From contig JAWCMS010000001.1 of NCBI GenBank assembly GCA_038849525.1, forward strand, positions 142,584 to 206,583: a stretch of 64,000 bases of DNA, written 5' to 3'. The DNA comes from Candidatus Pacearchaeota archaeon (GTDB lineage: Archaea > Nanobdellota > Nanobdellia > Pacearchaeales > JAHJTO01). The notes beneath the pieces are model-generated. The model was given only the letters and a program-made list of their open reading frames with translations, made no database searches and had not been told where the DNA came from. The translations under genes and the position numbers were made by a program. Positions within the stretch are counted from its first letter, which is position 1, and each line of letters starts with the position of its first letter. Positions 37,076-47,517 of this stretch are shown here, one piece after another.

Positions 37076-37978
37076 TTATTTAATATATAATTCTACAATG
37101 TCTTTATCTTGAAGAACATGTTCTATCCCTACAATTTGGCCAGGAAATTTTGCAGATTGTCCCCATACTTTTGCTTTTATAAATCGTTCAGGAAAATCTT
37201 TTCTTATTTTTTCCGCCATTTCTTTTATCGTTGAACCAGATTTTATAACAAGTGGTTTATCAAGTTTTGGTTTCTTTCCCGGCTCTTTCGTGTAAATCCT
37301 TATAAGCCCTATTGAATGAAAAATTTTTTGCTTTATGTCCTCAATTCCAATTTTTTCTTTTATTGAAACTTTTAATACATCAAGTTTAGAAAATTTTTTT
37401 AATTCATCTTGCTCTAGCATTTCAACTTTATTTAAAATAAAAATTTTTTTGTTAGTTATATTTTCTTTTTTTAGTATTTCTGAAATACGTATGAGTTCGT
37501 CAAGGGAAGTAATCATAACTAAAATTAAATCAGAGGTTCTTGCAATACTTAATAGTTCTTTATCTTCTATATATGCCGGTAATTCAATTAATTGAATTTT
37601 TATTCCTTCTAAGTCTAAAGTCCCTATTTCTGGCTTTAATGTTATAAAAGGAATTTCAGAAATTTTTGGTTTAGCATTTGTCAATGTTGCAAGTAGCGAT
37701 GATTTGCCTGATTTTGTGTATCCTATGATAACGACTTGAGCATCACCTTCTTTTTTTATTCCTACGCTTTTTCCTTTCTTTTTTGCTTTTTCTTTTTCAA
37801 ATTCTTGTTTTAATTTTGATAATCTTAATCTTAATTGAGCTCTTAAGTTTTCAGCTCCTTTATGAGAAGGAGAAAGCGAAATCATTTTCTTTAATTTTTC
37901 TATTTTTTCTTCTAAAGTACAAGCTGCAAGAAATTCACGCTCTGCTTGCATGTATTCTGGAGATGCATTAATTGACAT
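37076..37978 (-). CDS. Obg/DRG-family GTPase with C-terminal TGS domain
   Basis: G1 GYTKSGKSSLL and G-domain motifs. C-terminus IRIYTKEPG...PLVIKSGSTIKEMAEKI is a TGS domain. Confidence 0.6.
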   Translation of the reverse strand: MSINASPEYMQAEREFLAACTLEEKIEKLKKMISLSPSHKGAENLRAQLRLRLSKLKQEFEKEKAKKKGKSVGIKKEGDAQVVIIGYTKSGKSSLLATLTNAKPKISEIPFITLKPEIGTLDLEGIKIQLIELPAYIEDKELLSIARTSDLILVMITSLDELIRISEILKKENITNKKIFILNKVEMLEQDELKKFSKLDVLKVSIKEKIGIEDIKQKIFHSIGLIRIYTKEPGKKPKLDKPLVIKSGSTIKEMAEKIRKDFPERFIKAKVWGQSAKFPGQIVGIEHVLQDKDIVELYIK

Positions 37979-38029
37979 GCTTATTTTTAGAATAGAAAAT
38001 TTAAAAGATTTCTGCTTGAAAATAATAAA

Positions 38030-38626
38030 TTATAATATAGCCGGCTCTATTAATTTATGTTCTTCTATTTTTGGTTTTAATTGCTGTATTTTATTTCTTA
38101 GATCTTTGTAAAATATCCATTTGCCATGGTGAACTTCGCTTTCTTTTAATAATTTATAGAATATACATGAATAATTATCTGCCCATTCTTTAAAATCTTT
38201 CTCCTTTGAACCTAACCAATTTAAAATAAGATTAATTTGTTCCATATTATAAAATTCTTGAAATGTAGTCTGGTCATTCATTATTGCAAAATATTCAGCA
38301 TTTTTTACCCAATCTTCTATTTCTAAACAATACTCAAGTCCTTTAAGGTCTGGATAGTTATCACGGTTAAATTTGTTTTCTGACCAATTTAAAGCCCCTT
38401 CATAAAATCCCACATTGAAACCATTTTTTTCAGAGATAATATACTTATCATCTTTTATTTCTTTTAACATTCCATATTCTTCATCACGTATCTTTCGATG
38501 AAGAGGGCTTTTTAGGTGCTTTTCAGAAATATAAATAAAAACTCTCCCATCAATCGTGTTTTTGTCAGGATAATCTAAATCTAGCTCTTCTTTAACATAA
38601 CCTGGAAAGCCAATGGTATTATCCAT
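38030..38626 (-). CDS. hypothetical protein
   Basis: 198-aa ORF. Confidence 0.4.
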   Translation of the reverse strand: MDNTIGFPGYVKEELDLDYPDKNTIDGRVFIYISEKHLKSPLHRKIRDEEYGMLKEIKDDKYIISEKNGFNVGFYEGALNWSENKFNRDNYPDLKGLEYCLEIEDWVKNAEYFAIMNDQTTFQEFYNMEQINLILNWLGSKEKDFKEWADNYSCIFYKLLKESEVHHGKWIFYKDLRNKIQQLKPKIEEHKLIEPAIL

Positions 38627-38801
38627 GACTAATTTTCTTAGCCTAGATTTCTATTTTTACTTATCTTTTTAGAAATTATTTAAATATAAAAATCTTTCTT
38701 TTTCTTACTTATTAGTAATTAGAATGAGTATGGTGGAAAAGTTTATATTAAATAAAAAACAATGTTAGTATTAAAATAAAATAAAGAGGATTTATTTCGG
38801 A

Positions 38802-40076
38802 ATGAGAGTAGACAATAATTTCTTTAGACAGGTTTTACCTAACGGTATGACTGTAATCTTCGAAAAAAGACAGTTTCCTTTAGTATCAATTTCAGCAGCT
38901 GTAAAGTTTGGTTCTGCTTATGAAAATGAAAGGTTGAAAGGTATGGCTCATTTTATAGAGCATGCTGTTTTCAAGGGTACAAAAAAAAGAACAAGACAGC
39001 AAATAGTAGAGGAAATAGAAAAAAAAGGTGGAATAATAAATGCATACACAGATGAAGAGATGACTGTTTTCTGGACAAAGCTTAGATCAAAATATTTTGA
39101 AACAGGAATAGACATTCTTGCAGACATAATGCTCAATCCTTTACTTAGTAAGAAAGATATTGATATGGAAAGAAACGTTATTTTAGAAGAGATAAAAATG
39201 TATCACGACTTGCCAAAATACTATGTCGCTGTAAAATTAAAGGAACAACTTTACGAATCTCCTTTTGGTTTATCTTCGTTAGGGACAGACAAAATTATAA
39301 AGAGTATTTCAAGACAAACGCTACAGAAATATCATAACATTCATTATTCTCCTTCTAATATTGTAGTCTCTATTGTTGGTGATGCGGATGTTGATAAAAT
39401 TTGGAATCTTTCAAAAAAAATGTTTTGTAAGGGACAAATTCAGGAACAAATAATAAAACCTTCTTTAACAATAAAGCCAGGAAAGTTTGGTAAAATAATA
39501 GAACCAAGAAAAGGAATTGATCAATTGCATCTTGCCTTAGGGTTTTATATGCCTAGTAAATCTGATAAATTAAGATATGCAGCAGAGATTTTTAATACTG
39601 CTTTTGGAGTAGGAATGTCTTCAAAACTTTGGCAAGAAATGAGAGAAAAGAGAGGGCTTGCTTATGACATAAGTAGTTGGCTTGATCAAGGAAAAAATTT
39701 TGGATATTGTTTTGTTACAGCAGGAATATTAAAAGGAAAACAAGAAATTGCGAAAAAAATAATTCTTGAAGAATTGAATAAATTTAAAGAATGGAATGCA
39801 AAAGAACTCGAAGAGACAAAAGAACAATTGATAGGTCAAAGAGAATCTGAGAATGAAATAAGCGAAAAAGTTGCAGATAATCTATTAAGAGAACAGCTAA
39901 TAGGGGACGCAAAAGAATACTATAAATATGCTGAAAAGATCTCTTCTGTAACGCTCGAGGACATTAAACAAATAATAACTAACATAAAGGATTATGCTTT
40001 TGTTGCTTTAGCTCCAGAGTCTGAAAAAAGTGTAAGAAAAAAAGATACAGTAAAAGAAGTATCTGAATTGAAATGA
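38802..40076 (+). CDS. M16-family (insulinase/pitrilysin-like) zinc peptidase
   Basis: Inverted zinc motif HFIEH (HxxEH) near the N-terminus. 424 aa. Confidence 0.75.
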   Translation: MRVDNNFFRQVLPNGMTVIFEKRQFPLVSISAAVKFGSAYENERLKGMAHFIEHAVFKGTKKRTRQQIVEEIEKKGGIINAYTDEEMTVFWTKLRSKYFETGIDILADIMLNPLLSKKDIDMERNVILEEIKMYHDLPKYYVAVKLKEQLYESPFGLSSLGTDKIIKSISRQTLQKYHNIHYSPSNIVVSIVGDADVDKIWNLSKKMFCKGQIQEQIIKPSLTIKPGKFGKIIEPRKGIDQLHLALGFYMPSKSDKLRYAAEIFNTAFGVGMSSKLWQEMREKRGLAYDISSWLDQGKNFGYCFVTAGILKGKQEIAKKIILEELNKFKEWNAKELEETKEQLIGQRESENEISEKVADNLLREQLIGDAKEYYKYAEKISSVTLEDIKQIITNIKDYAFVALAPESEKSVRKKDTVKEVSELK

Positions 40077-40612
40077 GATGTTTTATAGCGATAGATCTAC
40101 CAAAAGAAGTTAAAAAAGAAATTTCAGAAATACAAACTAAACTACCTGAAGGGAAATTGCTTTTTGTAAAACCTGAAATAGCACATTTAACAATAAAATT
40201 TCTTGGAGAAGTAGATGATTATAAATTAAACAGAATTAAAGAAATATTGAAAAAATTGCATTTTAAAAAATTTAAAGCTAAACTCAGTAATATTGGAGTA
40301 TTCACTCCCCATTTTATTAAGGTGGTATGGGTTAAATTAGAACCTGAAAAAGAATTTGAAGAAATTCATAATTTAATCGATAATTCTCTTTCCCTTGAAA
40401 ATTTTAAAAAAGATAAAAAATGGGAGAGTCATGTAACGCTTGCAAGAGTAAAGCATATTAAAAATAAAAACGAATTCATTAAAAAATTAAATGAAATAAA
40501 AGTAAAGCCAATTGAATTTAATGTTGATAATATTACATTAAAAAAATCAATTCTTACACCAGAAGGACCAATTTATGAAGATATTTTTAGTATAAGTTTA
40601 CTCAATAATTAA
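40073..40612 (+). CDS. thpR: RNA 2',3'-cyclic phosphodiesterase (2H family, LigT/ThpR-like)
   Basis: Two H-x-T/S-x motifs: AHLTIKFLG and SHVTLAR. Confidence 0.75.
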   Translation: MRCFIAIDLPKEVKKEISEIQTKLPEGKLLFVKPEIAHLTIKFLGEVDDYKLNRIKEILKKLHFKKFKAKLSNIGVFTPHFIKVVWVKLEPEKEFEEIHNLIDNSLSLENFKKDKKWESHVTLARVKHIKNKNEFIKKLNEIKVKPIEFNVDNITLKKSILTPEGPIYEDIFSISLLNN

Positions 40613-41249
40613 TTTCGAGAAGTTTTTTTATTATAAGTGCCTTTTTCTTTCCTAATTTTGGAACTTTTTCAAGTTCTTCAAGGGAAGCATTAGAAATATT
40701 TTTAATACTTTTAAAATGTCTTAACATTTCTTTTGCAAGAGAAGGGCCTATTCCAGGAAAACTTTCAACAATCATTTGTTGTTGTTCTTTTATTGAATAA
40801 ACTTTTCTTTTTACTATTAAAGAGATATCCTTTCTTCTTTTTAATTGTTTTTTTGCTAGCAACATTAGATAATTTGCAGTATCTTCGTATCCTTCTGTAA
40901 ATATAAAAGGAATTTGAAATTCTGTTGCTATGCTTAACAGCATCCCTCTAACTGCATTTTCATGAATTCTTGAATGCAAAGAAGGTTTGTATAACGAATG
41001 ATAATCTTCTTTTTCTATTATTAACAAAGGAATTTTAAAATTATTTTTCAAATCATATAACTGTTTAGGAAGTCTTTTATTTATCATCGATGAAATAAAG
41101 TCATTTATTGTTTTTCTTTCTACCGCTATTTCATTGCTAATTAAATAATCTGCCAGAGTAAGATGTTTTAATTCAACTTCAACTCCAAGATTTTTTAATT
41201 CTGCTATTACAAGAGAATTTTTTTCTCTTATATCTGCAATGATTTTCAT
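40602..41249 (-). CDS. xpf: Short XPF/ERCC4-family nuclease with C-terminal HhH2
   Basis: Motifs ADIRE and DYLISNEIAVERKTINDF carry the ERK signature of the ERCC4 nuclease. C-terminus GIGPSLAKEML...LEELEKVPKLGKKKA is a (HhH)2. Confidence 0.75.
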   Translation of the reverse strand: MKIIADIREKNSLVIAELKNLGVEVELKHLTLADYLISNEIAVERKTINDFISSMINKRLPKQLYDLKNNFKIPLLIIEKEDYHSLYKPSLHSRIHENAVRGMLLSIATEFQIPFIFTEGYEDTANYLMLLAKKQLKRRKDISLIVKRKVYSIKEQQQMIVESFPGIGPSLAKEMLRHFKSIKNISNASLEELEKVPKLGKKKALIIKKLLEINY

Positions 41250-41336
41250 TTTTTATGCTTTATTTGTTTATTATCTTTTTAATTATATCTAATAAATTGC
41301 ATCAATATTTTTAATATCTTACTAATCATATATCTC

Positions 41337-41744
41337 ATGATGAGGCTTAATTGGGATAATTATCTTATGGAAATTGCCAAAATAGTAATGAAAAGATCAA
41401 CTTGCTTAAGAAGACAGACAGGAGCTGTTTTAGTAAAAGACAAGAGGATAATATCAATAGGCTATAATGGGGCTCCTACAAAATTGAAGCACTGCAATGA
41501 AATCGGTTGTTTAAGATTAAAGATAAATATTACGCCAGGAGAGAGAATGGAAATATGTAGAGCTGTTTATGCAGAAGAAAATACAATACTCCAAGCAGCA
41601 TTATACGGGGTAAGCACGAAAAATTCTATTTTATACACTGTGCTCTCACCATGTTCGCACTGTGCAAAATCTATAATAAATGCAAAAATTAAAGAAGTTG
41701 TTTGTTTAAAAAATATCCTGATAATCTTAGTATTAAATTGTTAA
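41337..41744 (+). CDS. dCMP/cytidine deaminase-family zinc enzyme
   Basis: AEEN (H/C-A-E) and PCSHC zinc-ligand motifs. Confidence 0.65.
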   Translation: MMRLNWDNYLMEIAKIVMKRSTCLRRQTGAVLVKDKRIISIGYNGAPTKLKHCNEIGCLRLKINITPGERMEICRAVYAEENTILQAALYGVSTKNSILYTVLSPCSHCAKSIINAKIKEVVCLKNILIILVLNC

Positions 41745-41779
41745 AAGAAGCTTGGATAAAATTAGGATTTCTTTAATAG

Positions 41780-43315
41780 TTAAAAAAATTCATTCATATT
41801 TTTTTGTTTTATTTTCTTGCTAAATTTTCTGTTTATGTTGTTAAGGACACCATACATTTTTCTTTCTTTACTAATAGAAGCATAGTGGTATGCTTCATCT
41901 CTTGTCATTTTTGTTATCAGTATAATTAATTTACCAGGTTTTAATCGCGCTGTTCTTCCTGTTCTTTGAATCTTTCTAATTGCAGATGGGATAGGTTCAT
42001 AAAAGACTACGCAATCAACTTCTGGCAAATCCAAACCTTCTTCTCCAATGCTTGTAGCAACGAGAACATTTATTTCACCAATCTTAAACTGATTGATTAT
42101 TTCATTTTGCTCTTTTTGACTAAGTCCTGTTTCTTCTTTACCAATAGTTTTTTTTGTTTGCCCCACAAAAATCTTTGCTTTTATACCTTGAATTTTATTT
42201 AGCCTTTTTGTTATTAAAACAACCGTATCACGATATTGGGAAAATACAATAAATCTTGCTTTAGGATTTTTCGATATTTCTTCTTTTATTATTTCTTCTA
42301 TTTTTTCAAGTTTTGGATGTTCTATATTATTTAATAGTTTTGATAATTCAATATATGCTGATGTAAATTGTTGAGATTTTATTATTTGTGAAACAGCCTT
42401 GCTTTTTTGCTTTTTTGCTTGTTCAAACAAAGAATGAATATATTTATACAAGGAGGATATTCCTTGGGTTTCAAGTAGTTCGAGAGCATGGTCAATTTTT
42501 ATTGCTTGGGCACATACACTTAATCCGCGAAGAATATTAAAATGATTGTTTCCAGAATAGACTTGTTTAGCTAATTTTGATTGAAGCTCTAAAAGATGAG
42601 TTTTTGTTGCGTTGCCGAAGAGAAGTTGTCTATTTTTAAGCTCGTCAATTTTTTTGTCATAAATATCTTTTAATAGTGAACGAATTCTTTTAAAACTATC
42701 TGGAAAATCAACTTTTATTATTTCAGTTTTTAACTCTTGAATATATGGTCTTACATCTTCACTGAATCTGTTTCTTATCTCAACTTTTTCTATCTTTAAA
42801 TTATTACATATTTCTTGTATTATTTTTGGATCTGAACCGGGAGATGCAGTTAGTCCTAAAATCTTACCATTACTTTGTTCACTAAATTTTTTAGCAACAA
42901 AAACATAATCATAGTTTTTAAGGCATCTATGGCATTCGTCCTCTATAAGTAAAGAGACATTTTCAAGAGAGATTTTATTTTTTCTTAAATCATTGGCAAT
43001 ACATTGCGGAGTTGAGAATACTATATCAGCAATCTTCCAAAGACTTTCTCTTTTTGTAGCATTTATTTTTCCAGTAAAAAGTTGCATTTCAGCATAAAGC
43101 TCTGGCAGATTTTCTTTAAAATAATTGAAATGTTGTTGGGTTAAAGGGCGTGTAGGAGCAAGAAACAATATTTTTGATTTTGGATTTTTAGATAGGTGAT
43201 ATTTTGTTAAAAGTAATGCTATCAAAGTTTTACCCATCCCCGTAGGCAAAATAACAAGGGTATTATTGTTTTTTGCTGTTTCAAAAATATTACGTTGATA
43301 TTCTCTAGGTTCCAT
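41780..43315 (-). CDS. hef: Hef/FANCM-like SF2 helicase domain protein (no nuclease domain)
   Basis: N-terminus PREYQRNIFETAK...LVILPTGMGKT, motif II DECH, motif VI QRTGRTAR. 511 aa. Confidence 0.7.
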   Translation of the reverse strand: MEPREYQRNIFETAKNNNTLVILPTGMGKTLIALLLTKYHLSKNPKSKILFLAPTRPLTQQHFNYFKENLPELYAEMQLFTGKINATKRESLWKIADIVFSTPQCIANDLRKNKISLENVSLLIEDECHRCLKNYDYVFVAKKFSEQSNGKILGLTASPGSDPKIIQEICNNLKIEKVEIRNRFSEDVRPYIQELKTEIIKVDFPDSFKRIRSLLKDIYDKKIDELKNRQLLFGNATKTHLLELQSKLAKQVYSGNNHFNILRGLSVCAQAIKIDHALELLETQGISSLYKYIHSLFEQAKKQKSKAVSQIIKSQQFTSAYIELSKLLNNIEHPKLEKIEEIIKEEISKNPKARFIVFSQYRDTVVLITKRLNKIQGIKAKIFVGQTKKTIGKEETGLSQKEQNEIINQFKIGEINVLVATSIGEEGLDLPEVDCVVFYEPIPSAIRKIQRTGRTARLKPGKLIILITKMTRDEAYHYASISKERKMYGVLNNINRKFSKKIKQKNMNEFF

Positions 43316-43368
43316 TTGCTTTCATAACTATTCAATAAATTTTTAAATTTATTTAGAATTTAAAATTA

Positions 43369-43638
43369 ATGATAATGCAGTTTTTAGGTATTATTGATCT
43401 TTTAATAAGCCTAAATATTGGATTAATGATATATGGTATTTATTTAAAATTAATTATTTTAATCGCCGGAATTTATCTTATTATAAAAGGATTGATATTT
43501 TTAAGTTCTTTAGCTAGTGTGATAGACATAATAACCGGGATTTTACTGATCGCAGGATATTTTTTTATTATCCCAAAATTTTTATTGATAATTATAACAT
43601 TAATTTTACTACAAAAAGGAATTTTTAGTCTTTTTTAA
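43369..43638 (+). CDS. small membrane protein
   Basis: 89 aa, three hydrophobic segments. Confidence 0.35.
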   Translation: MIMQFLGIIDLLISLNIGLMIYGIYLKLIILIAGIYLIIKGLIFLSSLASVIDIITGILLIAGYFFIIPKFLLIIITLILLQKGIFSLF

Positions 43639-43676
43639 TATTCAGTCTTATACAAACTGTTCTCTAAAGTTAATTT

Positions 43677-44366
43677 TCAAGTATGCATTGAAATATAAAA
43701 AAGAATTACTGCTATTATTGCGATAAGTACTGCAGAGATTATTGTTGTTATTGGGGAAACTGTACCTAAAAGCAAGATAAGAACTATAGTTAAAACAAGA
43801 GAGAAAATCCAGAGCATTATCGAGCCAAAAAATATTTTTCCACCATCTAATTTTGAAATGGGGATTAGATTAAATAGGATAAAATAGAGATTTAGCATTG
43901 CGAAGTTGTTCCATCCGAATATTTGCGAAATTACTGCAAGTAAGGCATTAAAAAATAATCCTCCTACAGTTATAAGAGCAAGATCCCATTCTGTCAGTTC
44001 AGCATATTTTCTTCTGACACGAGAAGGTAATGGTATTGCTTCAAACGTTGTTAAAGCAAGCCATTTTACAAAACCAAAGGTGAATATTACTAGTAAAACA
44101 GGTAGTACAACCCATAAAGGAAAATTAAATTTGAAATAACTTTTTTTAGCAAGCCAAAATTGTTTTACTGTCCATAAGTTCACTTCTATAGAACAATCGT
44201 AAAATAAAGCTGTAAGCTTTTGGCCTATATGATGCACAAAAAGCACTATTAAAGCAAGCCCTGCAGCTGAAATCCATCCAAGCCATGTTATTGTTTTGAA
44301 TGAAATTGTATAACCTATTACAATTGCCGCAAGTAAAATTGAAATTGCTTCTTTTTTATTAAACAT
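43677..44366 (-). CDS. polytopic membrane protein (possibly a degenerate M50-like metalloprotease)
   Basis: 229 aa. FVHHIGQK near TM2. Confidence 0.35.
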   Translation of the reverse strand: MFNKKEAISILLAAIVIGYTISFKTITWLGWISAAGLALIVLFVHHIGQKLTALFYDCSIEVNLWTVKQFWLAKKSYFKFNFPLWVVLPVLLVIFTFGFVKWLALTTFEAIPLPSRVRRKYAELTEWDLALITVGGLFFNALLAVISQIFGWNNFAMLNLYFILFNLIPISKLDGGKIFFGSIMLWIFSLVLTIVLILLLGTVSPITTIISAVLIAIIAVILFYISMHT

Positions 44367-44482
44367 CTATTTTAAAGAATCTCTTTTTTTAAAAATCTTT
44401 TTATAATAAATCTAAAAATTCTTTTTTTATATTAGAAAAATATATAAAGGATATGTTGCTTTTTAAAAAATAGGAGATTAGA

Positions 44483-44758
44483 ATGCTAAAAACAAAAAGA
44501 CTAAGAGAAGTTATAGGTATAAAAGTTTTTACTGACGGTGGTGACTATTTTGGAGAAGTTGAAGAAGTAAATATTATGGAAAACAAAGTAGACGGATGGA
44601 GAATAAAAATTGCGCGAGATTCTAGTTTGTCAGCCTTTTTAGGTAGCGCAAAGGGGCTTATTATTCCACATCAGTTTGTTAAAGCAATAGGTGATGTGAT
44701 GGTTGTAAGTCGTTCAGCTGTGCCAAGTAAAGAGGAAGAAACAGAAGAGACAGTGTAA
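44483..44758 (+). CDS. PRC-barrel domain protein
   Basis: LREVIGIKVFTDGGDYFGEVEEVNI...GWRIKI. Confidence 0.55.
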   Translation: MLKTKRLREVIGIKVFTDGGDYFGEVEEVNIMENKVDGWRIKIARDSSLSAFLGSAKGLIIPHQFVKAIGDVMVVSRSAVPSKEEETEETV

Positions 44759-44829
44759 TTAAACTAAACTTTTTGAAAGTAAGGTTGGATCAAGTGTAGA
44801 ATATTAATACATTTTAAAAAAGGTGTGAG

Positions 44830-45324
44830 ATGGTTGCTTTAGGAATTTTAGGATCTGAAATTTTTACTAATGTTATTCTCCCATTTTTGTTTATTTTTAC
44901 AGTTATATTCGCAATTTTGGAAAAAACAAAATTTCTTGGAGAAAAGAAAGACATAAGTGCTATAGTTGCTCTTGTTTTTGGTTTAGTAAGTGTAGGTGTC
45001 CCATGGGCAATAGGCGTAGTTTTGAATATTATTCCGATAGTCGCAGTAATAGTTGTGATACTAATATCTTGGCTTATGACTTATGGGTTCATGGGTGGCT
45101 ATGAACCTGGAAAAGGAATTTCTGATGCTTGGAAAAAGACCTTTCAAATCTTATTAGGATTAGCTTTTATAGGAATAATAGTATTTTCAACTGGCATTTA
45201 TAAATTAGTAATGAACAAACCAGATTTAGCACGTCAAATAGGAGAGGCTATATTAATGATTGGAGCAATTATTGCAGTTATTGCTATAGTTATTTCTGGT
45301 GAAAAAGCTACGCCTGGCAGGTAG
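44830..45324 (+). CDS. membrane protein, paralog 1 of a tandem triplet
   Basis: Conserved N-terminal block ILPFLFIFTVIFAILEKTKFLGEKKDI shared with the next two ORFs. Confidence 0.5.
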   Translation: MVALGILGSEIFTNVILPFLFIFTVIFAILEKTKFLGEKKDISAIVALVFGLVSVGVPWAIGVVLNIIPIVAVIVVILISWLMTYGFMGGYEPGKGISDAWKKTFQILLGLAFIGIIVFSTGIYKLVMNKPDLARQIGEAILMIGAIIAVIAIVISGEKATPGR

Positions 45325-45341
45325 AAGTCGAGACTCTTAAA

Positions 45342-45911
45342 ATGGTACACTTTTTTGATTTTAGGTATGCATTAATGCAATGGGAAGCGATAGGTATTTT
45401 TGATGTTATGCTGCCTTTTTTTCTTATATTTACTATTATATTTGCAATTCTTCAGAAAACCAAGATTTTTGGAGCAAGAAAAGGAATCGATGTTATTATC
45501 GCAATGACTATTTCTGCGCTTACGATTTTAAATCCTTTTGTAAATGATATTTTGAAAATAATATTGCAAAATGCAGTTATAGCTATTCTTATTATAATTG
45601 CTTTAATGCTTCTTTTAGGATTAATTTGGGGAGCGAAAAGACCTGAAATATGGACATATATTGGTGGAATGATTGGGCTTGTGATTTTTGTCTGGATTTT
45701 AGGAAGAGTGGCAGATTATTATGAAATGTATTATCCAGGAACTATAATCTTTTCGAGAGTGTGGTGGGAAAATAATTTACCATGGATAATTCCTCTTTTG
45801 ATTATAATTATTTTTGCAATAGTAGTTATAAGCTCTAGCAAAGAAAGACCATCTGGAACCCCTGCAGAGAAAATATGGAATGCATTAATGGAACGAAAAG
45901 AGGAATGGTAA
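45342..45911 (+). CDS. membrane protein, paralog 2
   Basis: MLPFFLIFTIIFAILQKTKIFGARKGID. Confidence 0.5.
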   Translation: MVHFFDFRYALMQWEAIGIFDVMLPFFLIFTIIFAILQKTKIFGARKGIDVIIAMTISALTILNPFVNDILKIILQNAVIAILIIIALMLLLGLIWGAKRPEIWTYIGGMIGLVIFVWILGRVADYYEMYYPGTIIFSRVWWENNLPWIIPLLIIIIFAIVVISSSKERPSGTPAEKIWNALMERKEEW

Positions 45912-46036
45912 ATATTGCATAAAATTTTTGCAGAGTATAGTTAATGTTAATTGATTATGAGATAGCCAACATAAATTATTTTAATTCTTATTGTAACTAT
46001 AACAAATTTTAAATAGTTCTTTAATTTTTTAGAGAA

Positions 46037-46513
46037 ATGACATTATTATTACCAATAATGGCATTTTTGTTCGTATTTTTTGTAACTTATGCCTTACTTG
46101 CGAAAATCAGAATTTTGGGAGAAAACAATTTTATACATCTATTTATTAGCTTTATAATAGCAATAATTTTTGCAATTTCTCCAGGTGCAAAGGAGTTTAC
46201 TGTTATGACAATGCCATGGATCGCTGTTCTTCTTGTAATAATTTTTTCAGTTTTAATTGCATTTGCATTTGTCAAAGGAAGTATAGAAGACATAGTAAAA
46301 AGTTCTGCAGTTGCGATAATTATTGTGACTATTGTACTATTGATTTTTTTTATTTCAGCACTTAACGTCTTTGGACCTTTTTTTAGTCAGTATATGCCGG
46401 GACCAGAACAAAAACCTGGAATAATTAGTTTTTTAATTAACCCTGCTGTACTTGGAGCAATTATCTTATTAATAATTGCGGCTATTACATCATGGATACT
46501 TACAAAGCATTAG
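46037..46513 (+). CDS. membrane protein, paralog 3
   Basis: LLPIMAFLFVFFVTYALLAKIRILGENNFI. Confidence 0.45.
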   Translation: MTLLLPIMAFLFVFFVTYALLAKIRILGENNFIHLFISFIIAIIFAISPGAKEFTVMTMPWIAVLLVIIFSVLIAFAFVKGSIEDIVKSSAVAIIIVTIVLLIFFISALNVFGPFFSQYMPGPEQKPGIISFLINPAVLGAIILLIIAAITSWILTKH

Positions 46514-46541
46514 AATTAAATGTAAAAATTGAGGATTAAAA

Positions 46542-47447
46542 TTATTTTTTCTCTACTGTTTTAGTAATTTTTGTTACTTCTTTTACAACCTTACCATCTT
46601 CTTTTTTATGATGTGCCTGCTTATGTAGATTTTTTAGTTTTGGATGTTTATGGATAGCTATTGTTTTTATTTCTCTTTTGGCGGGCATTTGTTTAGGTTT
46701 TGCTTTTTTATGTATTATTGTTATTTCTTTTTTTATAGGGGGCGATGGTTTTTGAATAGATGGTTTTTTTAACTTTGCAACTTTCAGTTCTTCTGTTATC
46801 CTACTCAATTCTTTCATGTTTTCTACAAATGGAGAAAGAATCTTGCCAAATGCTCCTTCAAGCCCCACCATTTCTGCACTTAGATTTTTTATATCTCTCT
46901 GGTATTCTTGAACTTTTGATAGCAATGCAGCTTGTAATCTATCCATTGAAGACTCTATCCTTTTTATTCTTTCATCAATGCTTGAAATTCTTTTTTCAGC
47001 ATAAATTTTCCATTCTATAACATCTGAGATTTTTCCTTTTATTTCAGACCATTTTTCATTTACTATTTCTTCTGCTATCTCTTCTATTGCTTCTGTTTCT
47101 ATTTTTGGAGCAATTTCTGGTGCAACAGGATATTGATAAGGATAGGCGGGATATTCTGTTGAAGGTGTAGTAGGAGTTATTACGGGAGCTGGAACAATAG
47201 ATGGTTTAGGAATCGGTGTTTCATAAGCTGAAGGTGTTGGAATTTGTGAAGTTTCTTTTGTTAGTATAGATGGCTGCAAACCTTCTACTCCTATAATTTC
47301 TTTTTTTATTTTAGCCTGATTTAAAGCATCTGTAATTTGGACTGGCGAATATCCAGCGTCTGTAAGCCTTTTTATTATATCCATATCAGAAAGGCCTTGT
47401 TGTAACATATTCAAAACTTCAGATACTGGTGTTTCTCTATCAACCAT
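46542..47447 (-). CDS. coiled-coil protein with Pro-rich linker and Lys-rich tail. Possible pilus/archaellum accessory.
   Basis: 301 aa. Lies upstream of the pilus ATPase operon. Confidence 0.35.
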   Translation of the reverse strand: MVDRETPVSEVLNMLQQGLSDMDIIKRLTDAGYSPVQITDALNQAKIKKEIIGVEGLQPSILTKETSQIPTPSAYETPIPKPSIVPAPVITPTTPSTEYPAYPYQYPVAPEIAPKIETEAIEEIAEEIVNEKWSEIKGKISDVIEWKIYAEKRISSIDERIKRIESSMDRLQAALLSKVQEYQRDIKNLSAEMVGLEGAFGKILSPFVENMKELSRITEELKVAKLKKPSIQKPSPPIKKEITIIHKKAKPKQMPAKREIKTIAIHKHPKLKNLHKQAHHKKEDGKVVKEVTKITKTVEKK

Positions 47448-47517
47448 CTTTTTATATTATTTTTAAGAAATCTGATATTTAAAATGTTTGTGATTTCTTT
47501 TATTAGCAAAATATTTA

